64,000 bases of DNA from the NCBI RefSeq assembly GCF_058153355.1, contig NZ_CM177019.1. One strand, written 5' to 3'. Each line of letters opens with the position of its first letter. Position 1 is the stretch's first letter. This document shows positions 52,903 through 64,000 of this stretch, one piece after another. A model generated the notes under the pieces. It had not been told where the DNA came from. It made no database searches and worked only from the letters and a program-made list of their open reading frames with translations. A program made the translations under genes and the position numbers.

Positions 52903-54263
52903 TTATTACCGAAATGCTGGCGTTTGACCGGGCATCGGTAAGGCAGTTCGATAAAGTCGGTCGCCTCCAGATTGAGCGCAGTAATCTCAGCAAGGCGAAC
53001 GTCTGCGGTTATTTCGGGTATGAAATACCGGGGGCGGAAGCGCTGGGACTCGACCCCAAAAAACTTTATCAGCTTTACCGTGACCCCGATGAACTGCGCA
53101 AGGCAGTTTCAACCTTCAACAATATTCCCGTCCTGTGCCGACACAAACCCGATTATCCGGGCGCGCCCGCGCGCGAGTACCGGGTGGGGACGACTCATGC
53201 CAACAGCGAGTTTGACGGTACCTATCTGGTTAACGGCATGTCCATCTGGGACAACTCCGCCATCGCGGGGATAGAAACGGATGAACAACGGGAAATCTCA
53301 TCGTCATATGCCTATGTGGCAGATATGACGCCGGGAACCACCCCCGACGGTGAGCCGTATGACGGCGTTATGCGGAATATCGTGGGAAATCATGTGGCCC
53401 TGGTCGGCGATGGCCGGGTAGGGTCGGACTGTCTTGTTATGGACTCTCTCCCTCAGGAGCTAAAACGCATGAAACTGAGTAAAAAAGAAGTGGCGGTGCT
53501 TACCGCGCTGGGAACCTATCTTGCGCCGCGTCTGGCGCAGGATGCGGCTCCCGGGGATTTGTTACGCCTGATGGCGCAGTATAAGCGTCCGGCAGCTATC
53601 GCCAGCGCGGTAAAAACTGCTTACAGCGAACGGCTGGCACAGGATATGGATATTGAACCGGCGGAGCTGGCGCAACTGATGGAATCAGCAGAAGCCGTAC
53701 CGGAGCTGGTCGGGGATGATGATACCGGGTTAACTGACGAGTCGAAGGCATTTGATACCGACAGCCCGATGGAAAGTGTACTGGCGTTGCTGTCCGGCAA
53801 AGTTCCTGATGATGTGCTGGAAAAAATTAAATCCGCACTGTCTCCGACAACCGACGAAGCCCCCGAAACAAAAGAGGCTGATGTGAAACCCGACGATGTG
53901 AAACCCGACGATGTGAAAGTCGATAAACCTGCGATGGATGCAGCAATCAGGCGGGCAACTGACCAGGCAACGAAACGGGCTGCTGAAAATTTCCGCGCCG
54001 TCCGTGTGGCTGAAGCTGAAGTGCGACCGCTGATTGGCGATGTGGTGGCGATGGACTGCGCCGAAGATGTTTACCGTACCGCGCTGGAACAGACGGGGAT
54101 CGATATCCAGGGTATTCACCCCGGTGCGTACCGCAGCATGGTGAAGTTTGCCGTTGAGCAGAAGCAGACGGCCAAATCCTCTCCCCGTGTGGCGATGGAT
54201 CAGGCCAGCGCATCGACGTTTGCGGCAGATTTCCCCGGTGCAAAACTGAAACGAGGTTACTGA
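52899..54263 (+). CDS. DUF2213-type putative prohead protease/scaffold protein
   Basis: 454 aa from [10 protein letters not shown] (ATGA overlap). The acidic central region contains a DVKPD tandem repeat. Confidence 0.6.
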   Translation: MIITEMLAFDRASVRQFDKVGRLQIERSNLSKANVCGYFGYEIPGAEALGLDPKKLYQLYRDPDELRKAVSTFNNIPVLCRHKPDYPGAPAREYRVGTTHANSEFDGTYLVNGMSIWDNSAIAGIETDEQREISSSYAYVADMTPGTTPDGEPYDGVMRNIVGNHVALVGDGRVGSDCLVMDSLPQELKRMKLSKKEVAVLTALGTYLAPRLAQDAAPGDLLRLMAQYKRPAAIASAVKTAYSERLAQDMDIEPAELAQLMESAEAVPELVGDDDTGLTDESKAFDTDSPMESVLALLSGKVPDDVLEKIKSALSPTTDEAPETKEADVKPDDVKPDDVKVDKPAMDAAIRRATDQATKRAAENFRAVRVAEAEVRPLIGDVVAMDCAEDVYRTALEQTGIDIQGIHPGAYRSMVKFAVEQKQTAKSSPRVAMDQASASTFAADFPGAKLKRGY

Positions 54264-54264
54264 T

Positions 54265-54747
54265 ATGAATACTTTTCAGACACACATGAACCAGTACCCG
54301 GCACCGGGTATTCCGGGGGCGTTTGCCAGTGCTAACCCTCATGCCTCGTATGTGGCGGGAGATGGCGGGCTGATTACCGGCCCTGACGGGCTGGTAATTG
54401 CCCGGTTTGCCTGGGTAACCAAAGGTGTTGCCGCTAATAAGGGGGCCGGCGCACCGGCGGGTTTTGTTCCTCGTGACGGGCAGGCTTCCATTGTGGAATG
54501 GCTGGCCGGGGACTCGAACACCATTTATCCGGGGCGTGAATGCACCCTGATGGTGTCGGGGGATTTCTGGGCGCTGACCACCACTACTGCGACGATCGGG
54601 CAGAAAGTATTTGCCTCACTGGCCACCGGGGAGATAGCCACGGGGGCGGCTGGCACCTCGATGGCGGGGTTTGTCGAAACCTGGTTTTCCGTTGCCAGCG
54701 CTGCGGCGGCAAAAGAAGTCATTAAGATCAGTACCTGGAGCAAATAA
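54265..54747 (+). CDS. head structural/decoration-like protein
   Basis: 160 aa, Gly/Ala-rich, between the scaffold and major capsid genes. Confidence 0.5.
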   Translation: MNTFQTHMNQYPAPGIPGAFASANPHASYVAGDGGLITGPDGLVIARFAWVTKGVAANKGAGAPAGFVPRDGQASIVEWLAGDSNTIYPGRECTLMVSGDFWALTTTTATIGQKVFASLATGEIATGAAGTSMAGFVETWFSVASAAAAKEVIKISTWSK

Positions 54748-55775
54748 TGAATAAATTTAAACAGCATTATGCGACGGCAAGTCGCGACTACGGGATTATT
54801 CTTCCCGGAGCACAGGCTTATTTGCCGAAGGAGTACGCCGCCGATTACGGACTGGCGATGGACGCGCAGCCTGCGCTGGTCACAGCGGCTAACAGCGGTA
54901 TCCCTGCGTATTTCACCAATTACGTTGAGCCAGAACTGATCCGCGTGCTGGTGACGCCGATGAAAGCCGCTCAGATTCTGGGCGAAACCAAAAAAGGTGA
55001 CTGGACGACACTGTCGGCACAATTCCCGATTGCAGAATCTGACGGGGAGGTGAGTTCCTACGGGGATTACAGCAACAACGGGGTGGTAAGCGCAAACGTC
55101 AACTGGGTACCGCGCCAGAGCTATCACTTCCAGACCTTCACCGTATGGGGCGAACGTGAGCTGGAGATGTACGGCGCAGCCCGTATTGGCTGGGCGGCAG
55201 AGCTGAACGTGGCGTCAGCACTGACGCTGAATAAGTTCCAGAATAAGTCCTATTTCTACGGTATTGCCGGACTGACGAACTACGGTTTGCTGAATGATCC
55301 GTCGTTATCTGCACCAATCACCCCGGATACCGTTGACGGTAAACTGAAGTGGGACGACAAGGACGGACAGGGCGTGTATGACGATATCGTGAAACTCTTT
55401 AAGCAACTGGTGAAACAGACTAACGGTCATATTGAGCGTACCGACAAAATGAAACTGTGCATGTCGCCGCTGGCAGAGGTGAACCTCACCAAAACAAACC
55501 AGTACAGGGTTAACGTGTCCGATCTGCTGGCGAAAAATTTCCCGGCGATGACCATTGAAACGGCGGTGGAATACACCTCTGACGCTGGCGAGCTGGTACA
55601 GCTTATCGCGGAGCGTCTGGGTGAACAGGATACAGGCTATTGCGCTTTCACTGAAAAAATGCGCGCCCATGCGGTAGTGGCAGATACGTCTTCCTGGAAA
55701 CAGAAAAAATCCGCTGGTACCTGGGGGGCGATTATTCGCCAGCCGCTGGCGTATGCACAAATGCTGGGGGTGTGA
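54747..55775 (+). CDS. major capsid protein
   Basis: 342 aa; position and size. Confidence 0.7.
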   Translation: MNKFKQHYATASRDYGIILPGAQAYLPKEYAADYGLAMDAQPALVTAANSGIPAYFTNYVEPELIRVLVTPMKAAQILGETKKGDWTTLSAQFPIAESDGEVSSYGDYSNNGVVSANVNWVPRQSYHFQTFTVWGERELEMYGAARIGWAAELNVASALTLNKFQNKSYFYGIAGLTNYGLLNDPSLSAPITPDTVDGKLKWDDKDGQGVYDDIVKLFKQLVKQTNGHIERTDKMKLCMSPLAEVNLTKTNQYRVNVSDLLAKNFPAMTIETAVEYTSDAGELVQLIAERLGEQDTGYCAFTEKMRAHAVVADTSSWKQKKSAGTWGAIIRQPLAYAQMLGV

Positions 55776-55778
55776 GTT

Positions 55779-56126
55779 ATGGCTGAAATGGTAACAGTGG
55801 GCTGTAAACTGCCGAACGGTCTGGTGCTGGAAGTGGGTCAGAAACGGGTTCAGGTGGCAGGCTGGCGGAATAACGCGGTTAAAATTGTGGGGGGCTATGG
55901 TCTGACGCAGGTCGATAAGGTGTTTTTTGACGCCTGGCTGGCGGAGCACGGACAGCAACCTTATGTGAAAAATGGCGTTATTTTTGCGCAGGATAAGGCG
56001 AACAGTGCAGTCTCGCAGGCTACGGAGCAGAAAGCCGTTAAATCCGGCCTTGAACCGCTGCCGCAGAAAAATCCGGCTCCGGGCGTTAACCGCAATGATG
56101 AAGTGATGGGTAAACCTCAGGAGTAA
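55779..56126 (+). CDS. hypothetical head-associated protein
   Basis: 115-aa ORF in the head module. Confidence 0.5.
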   Translation: MAEMVTVGCKLPNGLVLEVGQKRVQVAGWRNNAVKIVGGYGLTQVDKVFFDAWLAEHGQQPYVKNGVIFAQDKANSAVSQATEQKAVKSGLEPLPQKNPAPGVNRNDEVMGKPQE

Positions 56127-56131
56127 ACGCT

Positions 56132-56590
56132 ATGGGTACGGTGATGTTTGACTGTCGGATGTTTGTCAGTCTGTACCCGGAGTTTTCCACGGTGACACCG
56201 GAGCTACTGACGGCGGTGTTTAACCAGGCGACCGCGTTGTACCTGGATAACACGGACGACAGTCCGGTTACCGACCTGAAGGAGCGGGAACAGCTTCTGT
56301 TCCTGCTGGTTGCGCATCTGTGCGCATTGCGGGGGCTGGGAAACGGGAGAAACGGGCAGGCTGGTCTGGTGGGGCGTATCACCAGTGCGTCGGAAGGTTC
56401 TGTATCGGTATCGGTGGATAATAGCGGCAGTAATGATGCGTCGTGGTGGTATCTCCAGACCCCCTGGGGTGCTGACTACTGGCAGGCGACAGCGCCATAC
56501 CGCTCAATGCAGTATCATTCCGGGGGGTCACCTTCGCGATATCCGGGGCATTATTACCGGGGATACGGGAGGGGCGTCGATGGTAAATAA
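56132..56590 (+). CDS. head-tail connector (DUF4054-like)
   Basis: 152 aa; pattern FVSLYPEF...[13 protein letters not shown]. Confidence 0.5.
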   Translation: MGTVMFDCRMFVSLYPEFSTVTPELLTAVFNQATALYLDNTDDSPVTDLKEREQLLFLLVAHLCALRGLGNGRNGQAGLVGRITSASEGSVSVSVDNSGSNDASWWYLQTPWGADYWQATAPYRSMQYHSGGSPSRYPGHYYRGYGRGVDGK

Positions 56591-57164
56591 AGTCACAGGT
56601 GGCAAACAGTTCCGGCAGAAGCTGAAACAGGTTGCCGCGAACCTTTCATTGGGTAAAAAACTCAAAGTGGGTTTTCTTGAGGGAGCAACTTACCCTGACG
56701 GTACGTCAGTGGCTTATATTGCCGCAGTTCAGGAGTTTGGTGGAAGAGCGGTCATACCCGCCCGTGAGCAGACGCTCCACTTTCGCTATAACGAAAAAAC
56801 GGGAGAAACCGGGCACCGCTTTGTCAAAGCCGGTAAAGGGAATTTTGTTCAGGATGTGGTTATTCCTGAGCACACGGTCACCATTCCCCCCCGTCCGTTC
56901 TTCCGTAAGATGATCGAACATAAAAGTCCCGAATGGGGCGAAAAAATGGCGACCTTATTACGGGCGAATGATTTTGATACTGCGACCGCTCTGGTGTGTA
57001 TGGGAGAACATATCAAAGGGCAGTTGCAGATGTCTGTTCGCGACTGGGAAAGTCCGCCCAACGCTGCATCCACTGCCCGGCAAAAGGGTTTTAACAACCC
57101 GCTTATTGAAACCGGACATATGATGGACAGCGTTGATTATTCTGTAGACGGGGGCAAAAAATGA
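56580..57164 (+). CDS. HK97 gp10-family head-tail joining protein
   Basis: 194 aa from [18 protein letters not shown]. The track ORF (56310) is extended upstream in a region overlapping the previous gene. Confidence 0.6.
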   Translation: MVNKVTGGKQFRQKLKQVAANLSLGKKLKVGFLEGATYPDGTSVAYIAAVQEFGGRAVIPAREQTLHFRYNEKTGETGHRFVKAGKGNFVQDVVIPEHTVTIPPRPFFRKMIEHKSPEWGEKMATLLRANDFDTATALVCMGEHIKGQLQMSVRDWESPPNAASTARQKGFNNPLIETGHMMDSVDYSVDGGKK

Positions 57165-57526
57165 ACTTTCACGGTATTGTTTCCGGCGCAGTACGTCGGG
57201 TAAATCCCTTTACAGATGCGCTGGTTTATCGTTCCCGCGGGAGTACACAGCAGGCAGATTATTCCCGCGTACCTGAGTATGAAGATCCGGTTTCCGTCAG
57301 GGTGCAAAAGCAGGCTGTTACCCAGGCTGATTTACGTCATCTTGATAATCTTAACCAGCAGGGAGTTTTCGCCACATTGTATACCGATGGTAACTGGTGC
57401 GGGCTTAACCGTGCCCGGCAACAGGGAGGCGATAAATTTGTTATTGGCGATGAAACGTGGCTGGTGATTGAGGTACCGGAAATCTGGCCTGACTGGACGA
57501 GGGTTATTGTATGCCTTCAGGTGTGA
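57161..57526 (+). CDS. tail completion/neck protein (hypothetical)
   Basis: 121 aa, ATGA-coupled. Confidence 0.45.
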   Translation: MNFHGIVSGAVRRVNPFTDALVYRSRGSTQQADYSRVPEYEDPVSVRVQKQAVTQADLRHLDNLNQQGVFATLYTDGNWCGLNRARQQGGDKFVIGDETWLVIEVPEIWPDWTRVIVCLQV

Positions 57527-58056
57527 CCCTCTCCGTTACGGAAAGCGCTCTTTATCAGGCCCTCGGTGATTATCTCCGGGGGCTTTTTTCTGATGCCGGG
57601 ATTGAACGAACGCAGCAGAACCAGGTCCCGATGCCTCAGGGGAATTTCATCACCATGACGGGCATTGATGTTACCGGATTATCCACTGCGGTAGTGGCAT
57701 ATTCTGCGCCAGCGCAGGCTGGTGAGGGCTCTCAGCATATCACCCGTACCACAAAATGGCGTTGCCAGCTTGATTTCTACGGCCCTCACGCGGCAGATAA
57801 CGCGCAGGTGCTGGCAACGCTTTTCCGGTCTGAATTTTCCGTACGGCTTTTCCGGCAGGGCGGTGGGCTGATTTCCCCGCTGTATTGCTCAGAGCCCTTT
57901 AACACCACATTCCCCAACGGTCAGCAACAGTATGAACCGCGCTGGACGCTTGATATTCAGATGCAGATTAACCCTGTGGTCACAACTTCCCTGATGTTTT
58001 TTGACAACGTGATCACCCGGACAACGGAGGCTGATAATGCCAATTCCACTCAGTAA
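57511..58056 (+). CDS. tail terminator-like protein (hypothetical)
   Basis: 181 aa, immediately upstream of the sheath gene. Confidence 0.45.
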   Translation: MPSGVTLSVTESALYQALGDYLRGLFSDAGIERTQQNQVPMPQGNFITMTGIDVTGLSTAVVAYSAPAQAGEGSQHITRTTKWRCQLDFYGPHAADNAQVLATLFRSEFSVRLFRQGGGLISPLYCSEPFNTTFPNGQQQYEPRWTLDIQMQINPVVTTSLMFFDNVITRTTEADNANSTQ

Positions 58057-59521
58057 AGATGTACAGATAAATCCCGGTGTGCTGGCTGTGGCGGGTAATG
58101 CCGTCGATCTTAACGGCCTGCTGTTGACCAGTAATCCGTTACTTCCGGTCGGCACTGTGGTTCCGTTTTCCTCTCCGGATGATGTGGCCGCGTATTTTGG
58201 TGCATTATCCGATGAGTACGCACGCGCTCAGCTTTATTTCCAGGGCTTCAAAAATGCCACCAGGACGCCGGGGCAATTGTTGTTTTCCCGTTTCAGTCCT
58301 GCCCCATCGGCGGCCTGGTTACGTAGCGGTTCGTTTAAGGGCGCGACTGTTGAACAGCTACAAAAACTTTCCGGCACGCTGATGCTGAGTATTAACGGGA
58401 AAAGCGTCAGCATTGAAGTGAATTTTAACGGTGTCGCCAGCTTCGCCGCTGCTGCAACGGCACTACAGACAGCGCTGACCGCAGCAGTGGCTACAGTGGT
58501 ATTCGATACCACACAGAATGCTTTTGTCATTACTGTCGCCGGGGCGAAACCCGAGAGTACCACGATAACGTTCGGCAGTGGATCGGCAGCAGAACTCCTG
58601 AAGATGACCAGTAACACCGGTGCGGTGATATCCCGGGGCGCGCCTGTATCTGATGTCCCTGACACAATGGCAGCCATTAAGGCCGCTTCCCAGCAATGGG
58701 CGGGTTTTTCCACGGTATCTGAGGTCACTGACGAGCAACACCTGGCGTTTTCTGCATGGGCAAACGGGCAGGGCAAGCGTTACTTTTATGTGGCATGGAC
58801 AACCAGCGGCAACGCCAGAGTAAAAGGCAGTACTGAACACATCGCTTACCAGATAATTGCTGTCAATAACTACAGCTCTGTTGTACCTGTTTTCGCGACT
58901 GATGGTAACCGGGCTGCAGCGGTACTGGGGTATGCAGCGTGCCTTGATTTTGTCCGACCAGAGGGGCGTGTATCATTCAAGTTCCGCGAGTATGAGGGGC
59001 TGGCCGCTGATGTTACCAGTGGCAGCGATTATGATGCGCTGATCGCCGCAGGTTACAATTTCTACGGAAAATATGCGGAAAACAGTGTGGTGGAAGATTA
59101 CTGGGCGGATGGCACTATTACCGGTGATTTTAAATGGCTGGACAGTTTCTGCGGGCAAATCTGGCTGAATGCCAGTTTGCAGGGGGCGGTGATCGCGTTA
59201 TTCAAGTCAAACCAGACGATCCCCTACAACAATGAAGGGCGGGCGCTGGTTGCAGCGTCAATGAGTGACGTTATCCAGCAGTACAAACGCTGGGGAGGGA
59301 TCCGTGAAGGGGTGACACTGACGGAGGCGCAGAAGAAACAGATTAACAATGTTGTGGGGGCAGATGTTTCTTCAACGTTGTTTGCCACCGGCTATTACCT
59401 GTATATCGGCGATATGCTTCCCTCTTTGCGGGCAACCCGTAGCAGTCCGTCCTGTACGCTCTGGTACTGTGACGGCGGTAGTATCCAGAAACTTGTTATT
59501 GCATCCACGGAGGTCCAGTAA
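58037..59521 (+). CDS. contractile tail sheath protein (DUF3383-type)
   Basis: 494 aa, followed by a tube-sized gene, a chaperone pair and the tape measure gene. Confidence 0.65.
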   Translation: MPIPLSKDVQINPGVLAVAGNAVDLNGLLLTSNPLLPVGTVVPFSSPDDVAAYFGALSDEYARAQLYFQGFKNATRTPGQLLFSRFSPAPSAAWLRSGSFKGATVEQLQKLSGTLMLSINGKSVSIEVNFNGVASFAAAATALQTALTAAVATVVFDTTQNAFVITVAGAKPESTTITFGSGSAAELLKMTSNTGAVISRGAPVSDVPDTMAAIKAASQQWAGFSTVSEVTDEQHLAFSAWANGQGKRYFYVAWTTSGNARVKGSTEHIAYQIIAVNNYSSVVPVFATDGNRAAAVLGYAACLDFVRPEGRVSFKFREYEGLAADVTSGSDYDALIAAGYNFYGKYAENSVVEDYWADGTITGDFKWLDSFCGQIWLNASLQGAVIALFKSNQTIPYNNEGRALVAASMSDVIQQYKRWGGIREGVTLTEAQKKQINNVVGADVSSTLFATGYYLYIGDMLPSLRATRSSPSCTLWYCDGGSIQKLVIASTEVQ

Positions 59522-59968
59522 ATGTCGGGTAACAACAACACCATCACTGCGGCGGATGCCATTATCACGCTGACAGTGAATAATCTGTATCCCTCCGGCG
59601 TACGACTTCAGGGATTTGCAACAGATAACGTTTATGGCACCGATCCACTGGTACTGGCGGAAACTGCCCGCGGTATTGACGGTAAACTGTCCGCGGGATT
59701 TGTGTACAGCAACATTATCCAGACGTTTCATATCATGCCGGATTCCCCCAGCCGGGATATTTTTGATACCTGGTCAACCACATCCCGGGCCAGTCGGGCT
59801 GTATTCCGTTGTAACGCTGTCGTCCTGCTTCCGGCGATTGGCCGTAAATATACCTGCGTGAATGGCGTACTCAAACAATGGAAAGCGCTGCCTGATGCAG
59901 CTCGTACGTTGCAGCCAGGGCAGGCGGTTATTGAGTGGGAAACCATTACTCCGGAGGTTTTTAACTGA
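59522..59968 (+). CDS. tail tube protein (DUF3277-type)
   Basis: 148 aa, directly after the sheath gene. Confidence 0.6.
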   Translation: MSGNNNTITAADAIITLTVNNLYPSGVRLQGFATDNVYGTDPLVLAETARGIDGKLSAGFVYSNIIQTFHIMPDSPSRDIFDTWSTTSRASRAVFRCNAVVLLPAIGRKYTCVNGVLKQWKALPDAARTLQPGQAVIEWETITPEVFN

Positions 59969-60372
59969 TGGCCCGTAAAGAGAAATTTATCACTATTGAA
60001 GGTCAGGGACGGGATAAGGGCAAGGTATTTCATCTTACCGAAATGTCTGCCTCACAGGCGGAATGGTGGGCGATGCGTGCCATTATGGCAATGGGGCGTG
60101 GTGGCGTGGAGTTACCGGATGATGTTCGTAGTCTGGGGATGGCTGCGCTTGCCCTTGAAGGGCTGAAAGCATTATCGAAAATTCCGCCTGATGAGGCGCG
60201 TCCGTTGATGGATGAAATGATGGACTGTGTGCAGTTTGTTCCCGATCCGAAAAAACGCAGTATCCGGAGACCGCTTGTTGAAGAGGATATTGAAGAAATC
60301 ATTACCCGTCTTAATCTGCGTGCGGAGGTCTTTAAGCTGCATGTGGATTTTTTCGCTACCGTCGTCAGCTAG
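59968..60372 (+). CDS. tail assembly chaperone (G-like)
   Basis: 134 aa; slippery T_TTT_TTC at 60348..60354 near the 3' end. Confidence 0.7.
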   Translation: MARKEKFITIEGQGRDKGKVFHLTEMSASQAEWWAMRAIMAMGRGGVELPDDVRSLGMAALALEGLKALSKIPPDEARPLMDEMMDCVQFVPDPKKRSIRRPLVEEDIEEIITRLNLRAEVFKLHVDFFATVVS

Positions 60373-60596
60373 ATATCCCCCCGCGTTATCTCGACCCCGA
60401 CAGACCGTTCGGGGTGGTGGATTACGTTAATGTTCCTCGTACCATTGCGACCGTTATCTCCTCCGGTAAGGCTTCAAAAGCTGAACTGGATTCTGTCCTT
60501 GGTGTGCAGGACTTATGGGATCTGCTGGAAATAATTCATGTGGATGCCCATAACGAACAGGTGATACAGGAGAACAGAAATGGCGCAGGTACTTGA
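60348..60596 (+). CDS. -1 frameshift extension of the tail assembly chaperone (GT-like product)
   Basis: The -1 frame is open from 60336 to the stop at 60594..60596. It ends 17 nt after the tape measure ATG. Confidence 0.6.
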   Translation, partial: FFRYRRQLDIPPRYLDPDRPFGVVDYVNVPRTIATVISSGKASKAELDSVLGVQDLWDLLEIIHVDAHNEQVIQENRNGAGT

Positions 60597-62601
60597 TGAG
60601 CTTGTTCTGTCCCTCGGGATTGATGACAGGGACTTTACTGCCGGGGAACAGGCAGTACATGCTGCCCTTAACCGGCTCACGACGGTGATGGAAGGTGTCG
60701 CTGACACATTCAGTCAGGGACAGAAGAAAACCAGTGAATCACTGGAAAAAACCGGAAAAGATGCTGATAAAACGGCCCGTCGAATGGAAGATGCCGGGAA
60801 ACGGGCGTCCCGTTTTTTTTCAGGGATCCGTAGCGAGATTCTGGCTCTTGCGGGTGTCAGTCTGACGCTGGGGGGGCTGAAGAACCTGGTAACAGGTTTT
60901 GCCCGTGATCTGAACCGTCTGTCCGTGGAATCCGATGCTTTTGGCATGAAGGCCAGAAATCTGGACGGATGGTTACGGGCTGCGCGGGCAAATAATGTTG
61001 ATGAAGGGGAAATGTCTGGGGCATTTTCCCGGCTTGCAAATGCAAAAGCGGCCTTCAGAGCCGGAAGGTCCTTTGATCCTGTGTTACAGGATTTGTTTCA
61101 GGTTGCAGCCAGGGCGGGCATTAGTGTTGATTTAAATACTGACAGCACTGAAGCCATCATGCGCAAGCTGGCGGTTATTTTTCCGCGACTGACAAAGTCC
61201 GAACAAACTGCCTACGGCAACGCGCTGGGCTTCAGTTATGCCGGACAGCAGTTTCTTGGCTCCGGTCATGCGCTGAAAGATGTGGACGAATTTACTTCCC
61301 GTTCGCAGGTTACGCCGGGGCGTATAGCGCTGGCCCGTAAGCTACGAAAAGAGCTTGTTGAGCTCGATCAGACCTGGTCCGGCATCGGGATGACGATTAG
61401 CACCGCGTTGATGCCGTACGCGCTGAAGCTCAGCCACTGGCTGGAGACACTCGGTGACTGGATGCAGCAACATCCGGAGGAAGTGAACAGGTTTATCACC
61501 ACATTTCTGAATGACGTTGAGTCAGTGGCCTCCCTGGCGAATAAGGCTGCCGGAGAACTGGGGGGCTGGCAGAATGTCATTATTACGCTGATCGGGCTGA
61601 AAGTGGCGTCATGGGTGCGGGGGCTGACAAAAGCCCTCAGTGGCCCCGGAGGCCTTCTTTTTGCGATAACGGCGCTTTACCCGGTTGTTGACGGATTACT
61701 GACATCCATTGTTGGCAGGGAAAATAAGGACTGGCTGGATTCACATGGTTTTTTCTGGGCTTCAGACGGGACTTTCTTTTTCAATAAGAAAGAGATGGAG
61801 ACGTATCAGACAAAACTGGATGCCGGAGAAAAGCCTGGCAACATCACCCGGGCGCAATCACCCACAGTATGGCAGCAGGGAATGCTGGATACTCAGGCTT
61901 CTCAGGCAACCGGGAGGGAAGCAGCCTTCGGTGAATCCTGGCTACAGGGTATGCGTGCGACGCAGGAAAAACTCGGTAATGCCATGCAAAACCGCCAGCG
62001 ACCGACGAGGACCGGGGAAGCCCTGTTAGGCTGGCTGCAACCGAAACTGTCTCAACTGGAGGAAAAATATAACCTGCCGCCCGGACTGCTGCGCAGCGTT
62101 GCGATCACCGAATCCCGTGGTAATCAGTTTGCCGTCTCACCTGCTGGTGCGATGGGACTGTTTCAGTTCATGCCGAAGACGGCCAGTGAATTTGGTCTGA
62201 GGGGGAACGATGCCTTTGATCCCGAAAAAGCCGCTGATGCCGCCGCGAGAAAACTTGGTGGCCTGATACGTTTTTTTCATGGCGATCTGGCTAAGGCTCT
62301 GGCGGCATATAACTGGGGAGAGGGAAATGTTCAGCGTAAGGGACTGGCTGCTGCTCCGGAGGAGACCCGCAACTATATTCCGCGGGTGCTGGCGAACCTG
62401 CCTTATCCGGGTGCGGCAATGGCCATACGGTCGCGCCATCCTGCGCCTGTATCGCAGTCCACCGTAACGGAAACCACGCATATCGGGACACTGAATGTCA
62501 CCACAACGTCGGACAATGTGAAGGGTATTACCGATGACGCACGTCGGCGTATCACGAATTCGGCGCTTGTGTCGGTTTATTCCAGCGGGGTAACAGGATG
62601 A
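60580..62601 (+). CDS. tail tape measure protein with C-terminal lytic transglycosylase domain
   Basis: 673 aa. SLT motif ITESRGNQFAVSPAGAMGLFQFMPKTASEFG ... AYNWGEGNV. Confidence 0.8.
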   Translation: MAQVLDELVLSLGIDDRDFTAGEQAVHAALNRLTTVMEGVADTFSQGQKKTSESLEKTGKDADKTARRMEDAGKRASRFFSGIRSEILALAGVSLTLGGLKNLVTGFARDLNRLSVESDAFGMKARNLDGWLRAARANNVDEGEMSGAFSRLANAKAAFRAGRSFDPVLQDLFQVAARAGISVDLNTDSTEAIMRKLAVIFPRLTKSEQTAYGNALGFSYAGQQFLGSGHALKDVDEFTSRSQVTPGRIALARKLRKELVELDQTWSGIGMTISTALMPYALKLSHWLETLGDWMQQHPEEVNRFITTFLNDVESVASLANKAAGELGGWQNVIITLIGLKVASWVRGLTKALSGPGGLLFAITALYPVVDGLLTSIVGRENKDWLDSHGFFWASDGTFFFNKKEMETYQTKLDAGEKPGNITRAQSPTVWQQGMLDTQASQATGREAAFGESWLQGMRATQEKLGNAMQNRQRPTRTGEALLGWLQPKLSQLEEKYNLPPGLLRSVAITESRGNQFAVSPAGAMGLFQFMPKTASEFGLRGNDAFDPEKAADAAARKLGGLIRFFHGDLAKALAAYNWGEGNVQRKGLAAAPEETRNYIPRVLANLPYPGAAMAIRSRHPAPVSQSTVTETTHIGTLNVTTTSDNVKGITDDARRRITNSALVSVYSSGVTG

Positions 62602-63308
62602 GTTTTTCTTTCGATAATATTTCCCTGAATAACTTTTCGCTCAGTGAAAGTAACGTACTGAGTGCAGTTCGTGGCGGCGGTGTCCTGGGACTCATTAACA
62701 GTGTACTGGCACCGTCATTCGGTATTTATTACGCACGGAATGATCCGGCAGGTGCCCATCAGAAGGGTGGCAAACCTTTCTCCCCGGATTCTTTTGTTGT
62801 CGTTGAGGTGGGCGCGGAGGCTTCTGTTTCCACCGTCCCCGTGGAGCAGGGGGCTTATACCACCTTTAATAAAATCCAGAGATCGCCGGAACTGCATGTG
62901 ACTTTCACTGTAGAGGGGTGGACGGCCTTTTCCGGATCCGTCCCGAACCTGACAAATTTTTCCACCACCTCGCGGACGAATGTGCTGGAAACGCTTGAAA
63001 GGATGCGTACCACGGCAGGACTCTACGATATTGAGACGCCGGACAAGACATGGACATCCTGCGACCTTGTGAAATATGACTACCGAATGCGAAGTAATAA
63101 TGGTCCGACCTTACTGACGGTTACTGCGGTATTTCAGACCGTAATGAATACAGGAGAGGTGTCAGTGGGAAGTACGGATAAGTCGTCTCCCACGGACAAC
63201 GATAAAGCAAAAGGGGCCGCATCGGTTAAAACGCAGCCAGTTACGGCGTCGGTGACACAACCGTCAGACGCTGACAGACGAAGCGCCACGAACAGGGGGA
63301 TCACCTGA
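62598..63308 (+). CDS. tail/baseplate-associated protein
   Basis: 236 aa, ATGA-coupled to the tape measure gene. Confidence 0.45.
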   Translation: MSFSFDNISLNNFSLSESNVLSAVRGGGVLGLINSVLAPSFGIYYARNDPAGAHQKGGKPFSPDSFVVVEVGAEASVSTVPVEQGAYTTFNKIQRSPELHVTFTVEGWTAFSGSVPNLTNFSTTSRTNVLETLERMRTTAGLYDIETPDKTWTSCDLVKYDYRMRSNNGPTLLTVTAVFQTVMNTGEVSVGSTDKSSPTDNDKAKGAASVKTQPVTASVTQPSDADRRSATNRGIT

Positions 63309-63610
63309 TGCTGGAAATTGTTTTATCTCCCGTTAAAGCCCAGCAGTTTACGGTGACACTGGGCGCTCAGGTCTGCACCATTCGCCTGAATCAGCGTACT
63401 ACGGGGATGTATATCGATATCATTGTTAATGGTGAACCGTGCCTGTATGGCGTGCTGTGTCTGAATAATAACCGGATTGTCCGGTACGGATACCTGCCGT
63501 TTCAGGGGGACCTGTTTTTTACCGACACGGAGGGGAATAGTGACCCTGACTGGCGGGGGCTCGGATCCCGGTACCGGCTCTACTGGCTGTTACCTGAGGA
63601 ACTGATATGA
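63308..63610 (+). CDS. tail/baseplate-associated protein
   Basis: 100 aa, coupled. Confidence 0.45.
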   Translation: MLEIVLSPVKAQQFTVTLGAQVCTIRLNQRTTGMYIDIIVNGEPCLYGVLCLNNNRIVRYGYLPFQGDLFFTDTEGNSDPDWRGLGSRYRLYWLLPEELI

Positions 63611-64000
63611 GCTACAGACAACGTAAAATAACGGTGGAGTTCACTCTTTCAGACGGACGAACGTTTGGTAATGGCCAGGGCAATATGCTGACCATTACCG
63701 ACGCAAGCTGTTTTGCCAGTATTGCCGTATATGGAGGGGTGGCTGGTACACAAATCACGCTGTATATCTGGGGAATGTCACCGGCGCATATGACGAATTT
63801 AAGCTGGCGCGGTGTGTGGCGACAGGAGCAGAGTACCGCAAATAAAATGCGGCTGTGGGCCGACGGGCGGCTTATTTTTGAAGGTGATATTACTGATGCA
63901 TACGCCGACTACAACCAGGCACCGGATATTCCGCTCATTCTGACAGGACAGATTCATTTTAATCTGCGTAATCAGCCGGCGGCAGATTTCAGCGCAAAGG
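63607..64000 (+). CDS. tail/baseplate-associated protein (3' end outside the window)
   Basis: ATGA-coupled [26 protein letters not shown]... still open at the window end. Confidence 0.45.
   Translation, partial: MSYRQRKITVEFTLSDGRTFGNGQGNMLTITDASCFASIAVYGGVAGTQITLYIWGMSPAHMTNLSWRGVWRQEQSTANKMRLWADGRLIFEGDITDAYADYNQAPDIPLILTGQIHFNLRNQPAADFSAK

Noticed and set aside
53881-53925. 15-bp tandem repeat gatgtgaaacccgac x about 2.7, considered as a possible repeat array
   Set aside because: It lies inside the scaffold-like CDS and encodes an in-frame DVKPD repeat. It has no spacer structure, so it is not CRISPR-like.

Overview
Two-part window. (1) Positions 1 to about 21.3 kb are conserved E. coli/Shigella-type chromosome, inverted relative to K-12 numbering: znuB-znuC / znuA-mepM-lpxM, pykA, hexR, zwf, edd-eda, purT, yebG, yebF, yebE, ptrB, exoX, yobB, holE, yobA-copD-yebY and the sRNA gene sdsR (ryeB). 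Zur, PurR and LexA operators are recognisable. I see nothing unusual in this part. (2) From about 21.3 kb to the window end is a large mosaic prophage; its other end lies outside the window. It is integrated at the sdsR/ryeA sRNA locus. Gene order: int-xis; an early-left operon with a Sak4-like ATPase; a RacR/YdaS/YdaT-type immunity region; O-like and DnaB-like replication genes; a Nin-like region with hok; Q; four tRNAs; a pinholin / SAR-endolysin / Rz-Rz1 lysis cassette; terS/terL; and a head plus contractile-tail module. The prophage is visibly decayed. Its portal gene is split by an IS66-family element that itself carries IS4 (exact target duplications are visible). The DnaB-like helicase has one in-frame TAA. 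An IS1111/IS110-type element sits in the early-left operon, and there are small frameshifted genes. The candidates I consider most worth follow-up are three. (a) A low-GC, two-gene insert between the lysis cassette and terS encodes a 182-aa protein with an R / T-T / E-x-E pattern typical of ADP-ribosyltransferases, plus a DedA-family membrane protein. (b) The 3' non-coding end of the IS1111-like element folds into a roughly 190-nt multi-stem RNA. One of its internal loops is a mosaic of short strings found at the element's own junctions, consistent with a bridge/seek guide RNA. (c) Two paralogous P1-immI-like cassettes each place a roughly 76-nt c4-like antisense RNA upstream of an antirepressor gene. 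Both the RNA stems and the loop/target pairs show compensatory changes between the copies. They sit next to a DicF-like sRNA and a separately promoted coiled-coil/zinc-ribbon gene. All protein-family calls rest on motifs and remembered sequences, since no database search was possible.
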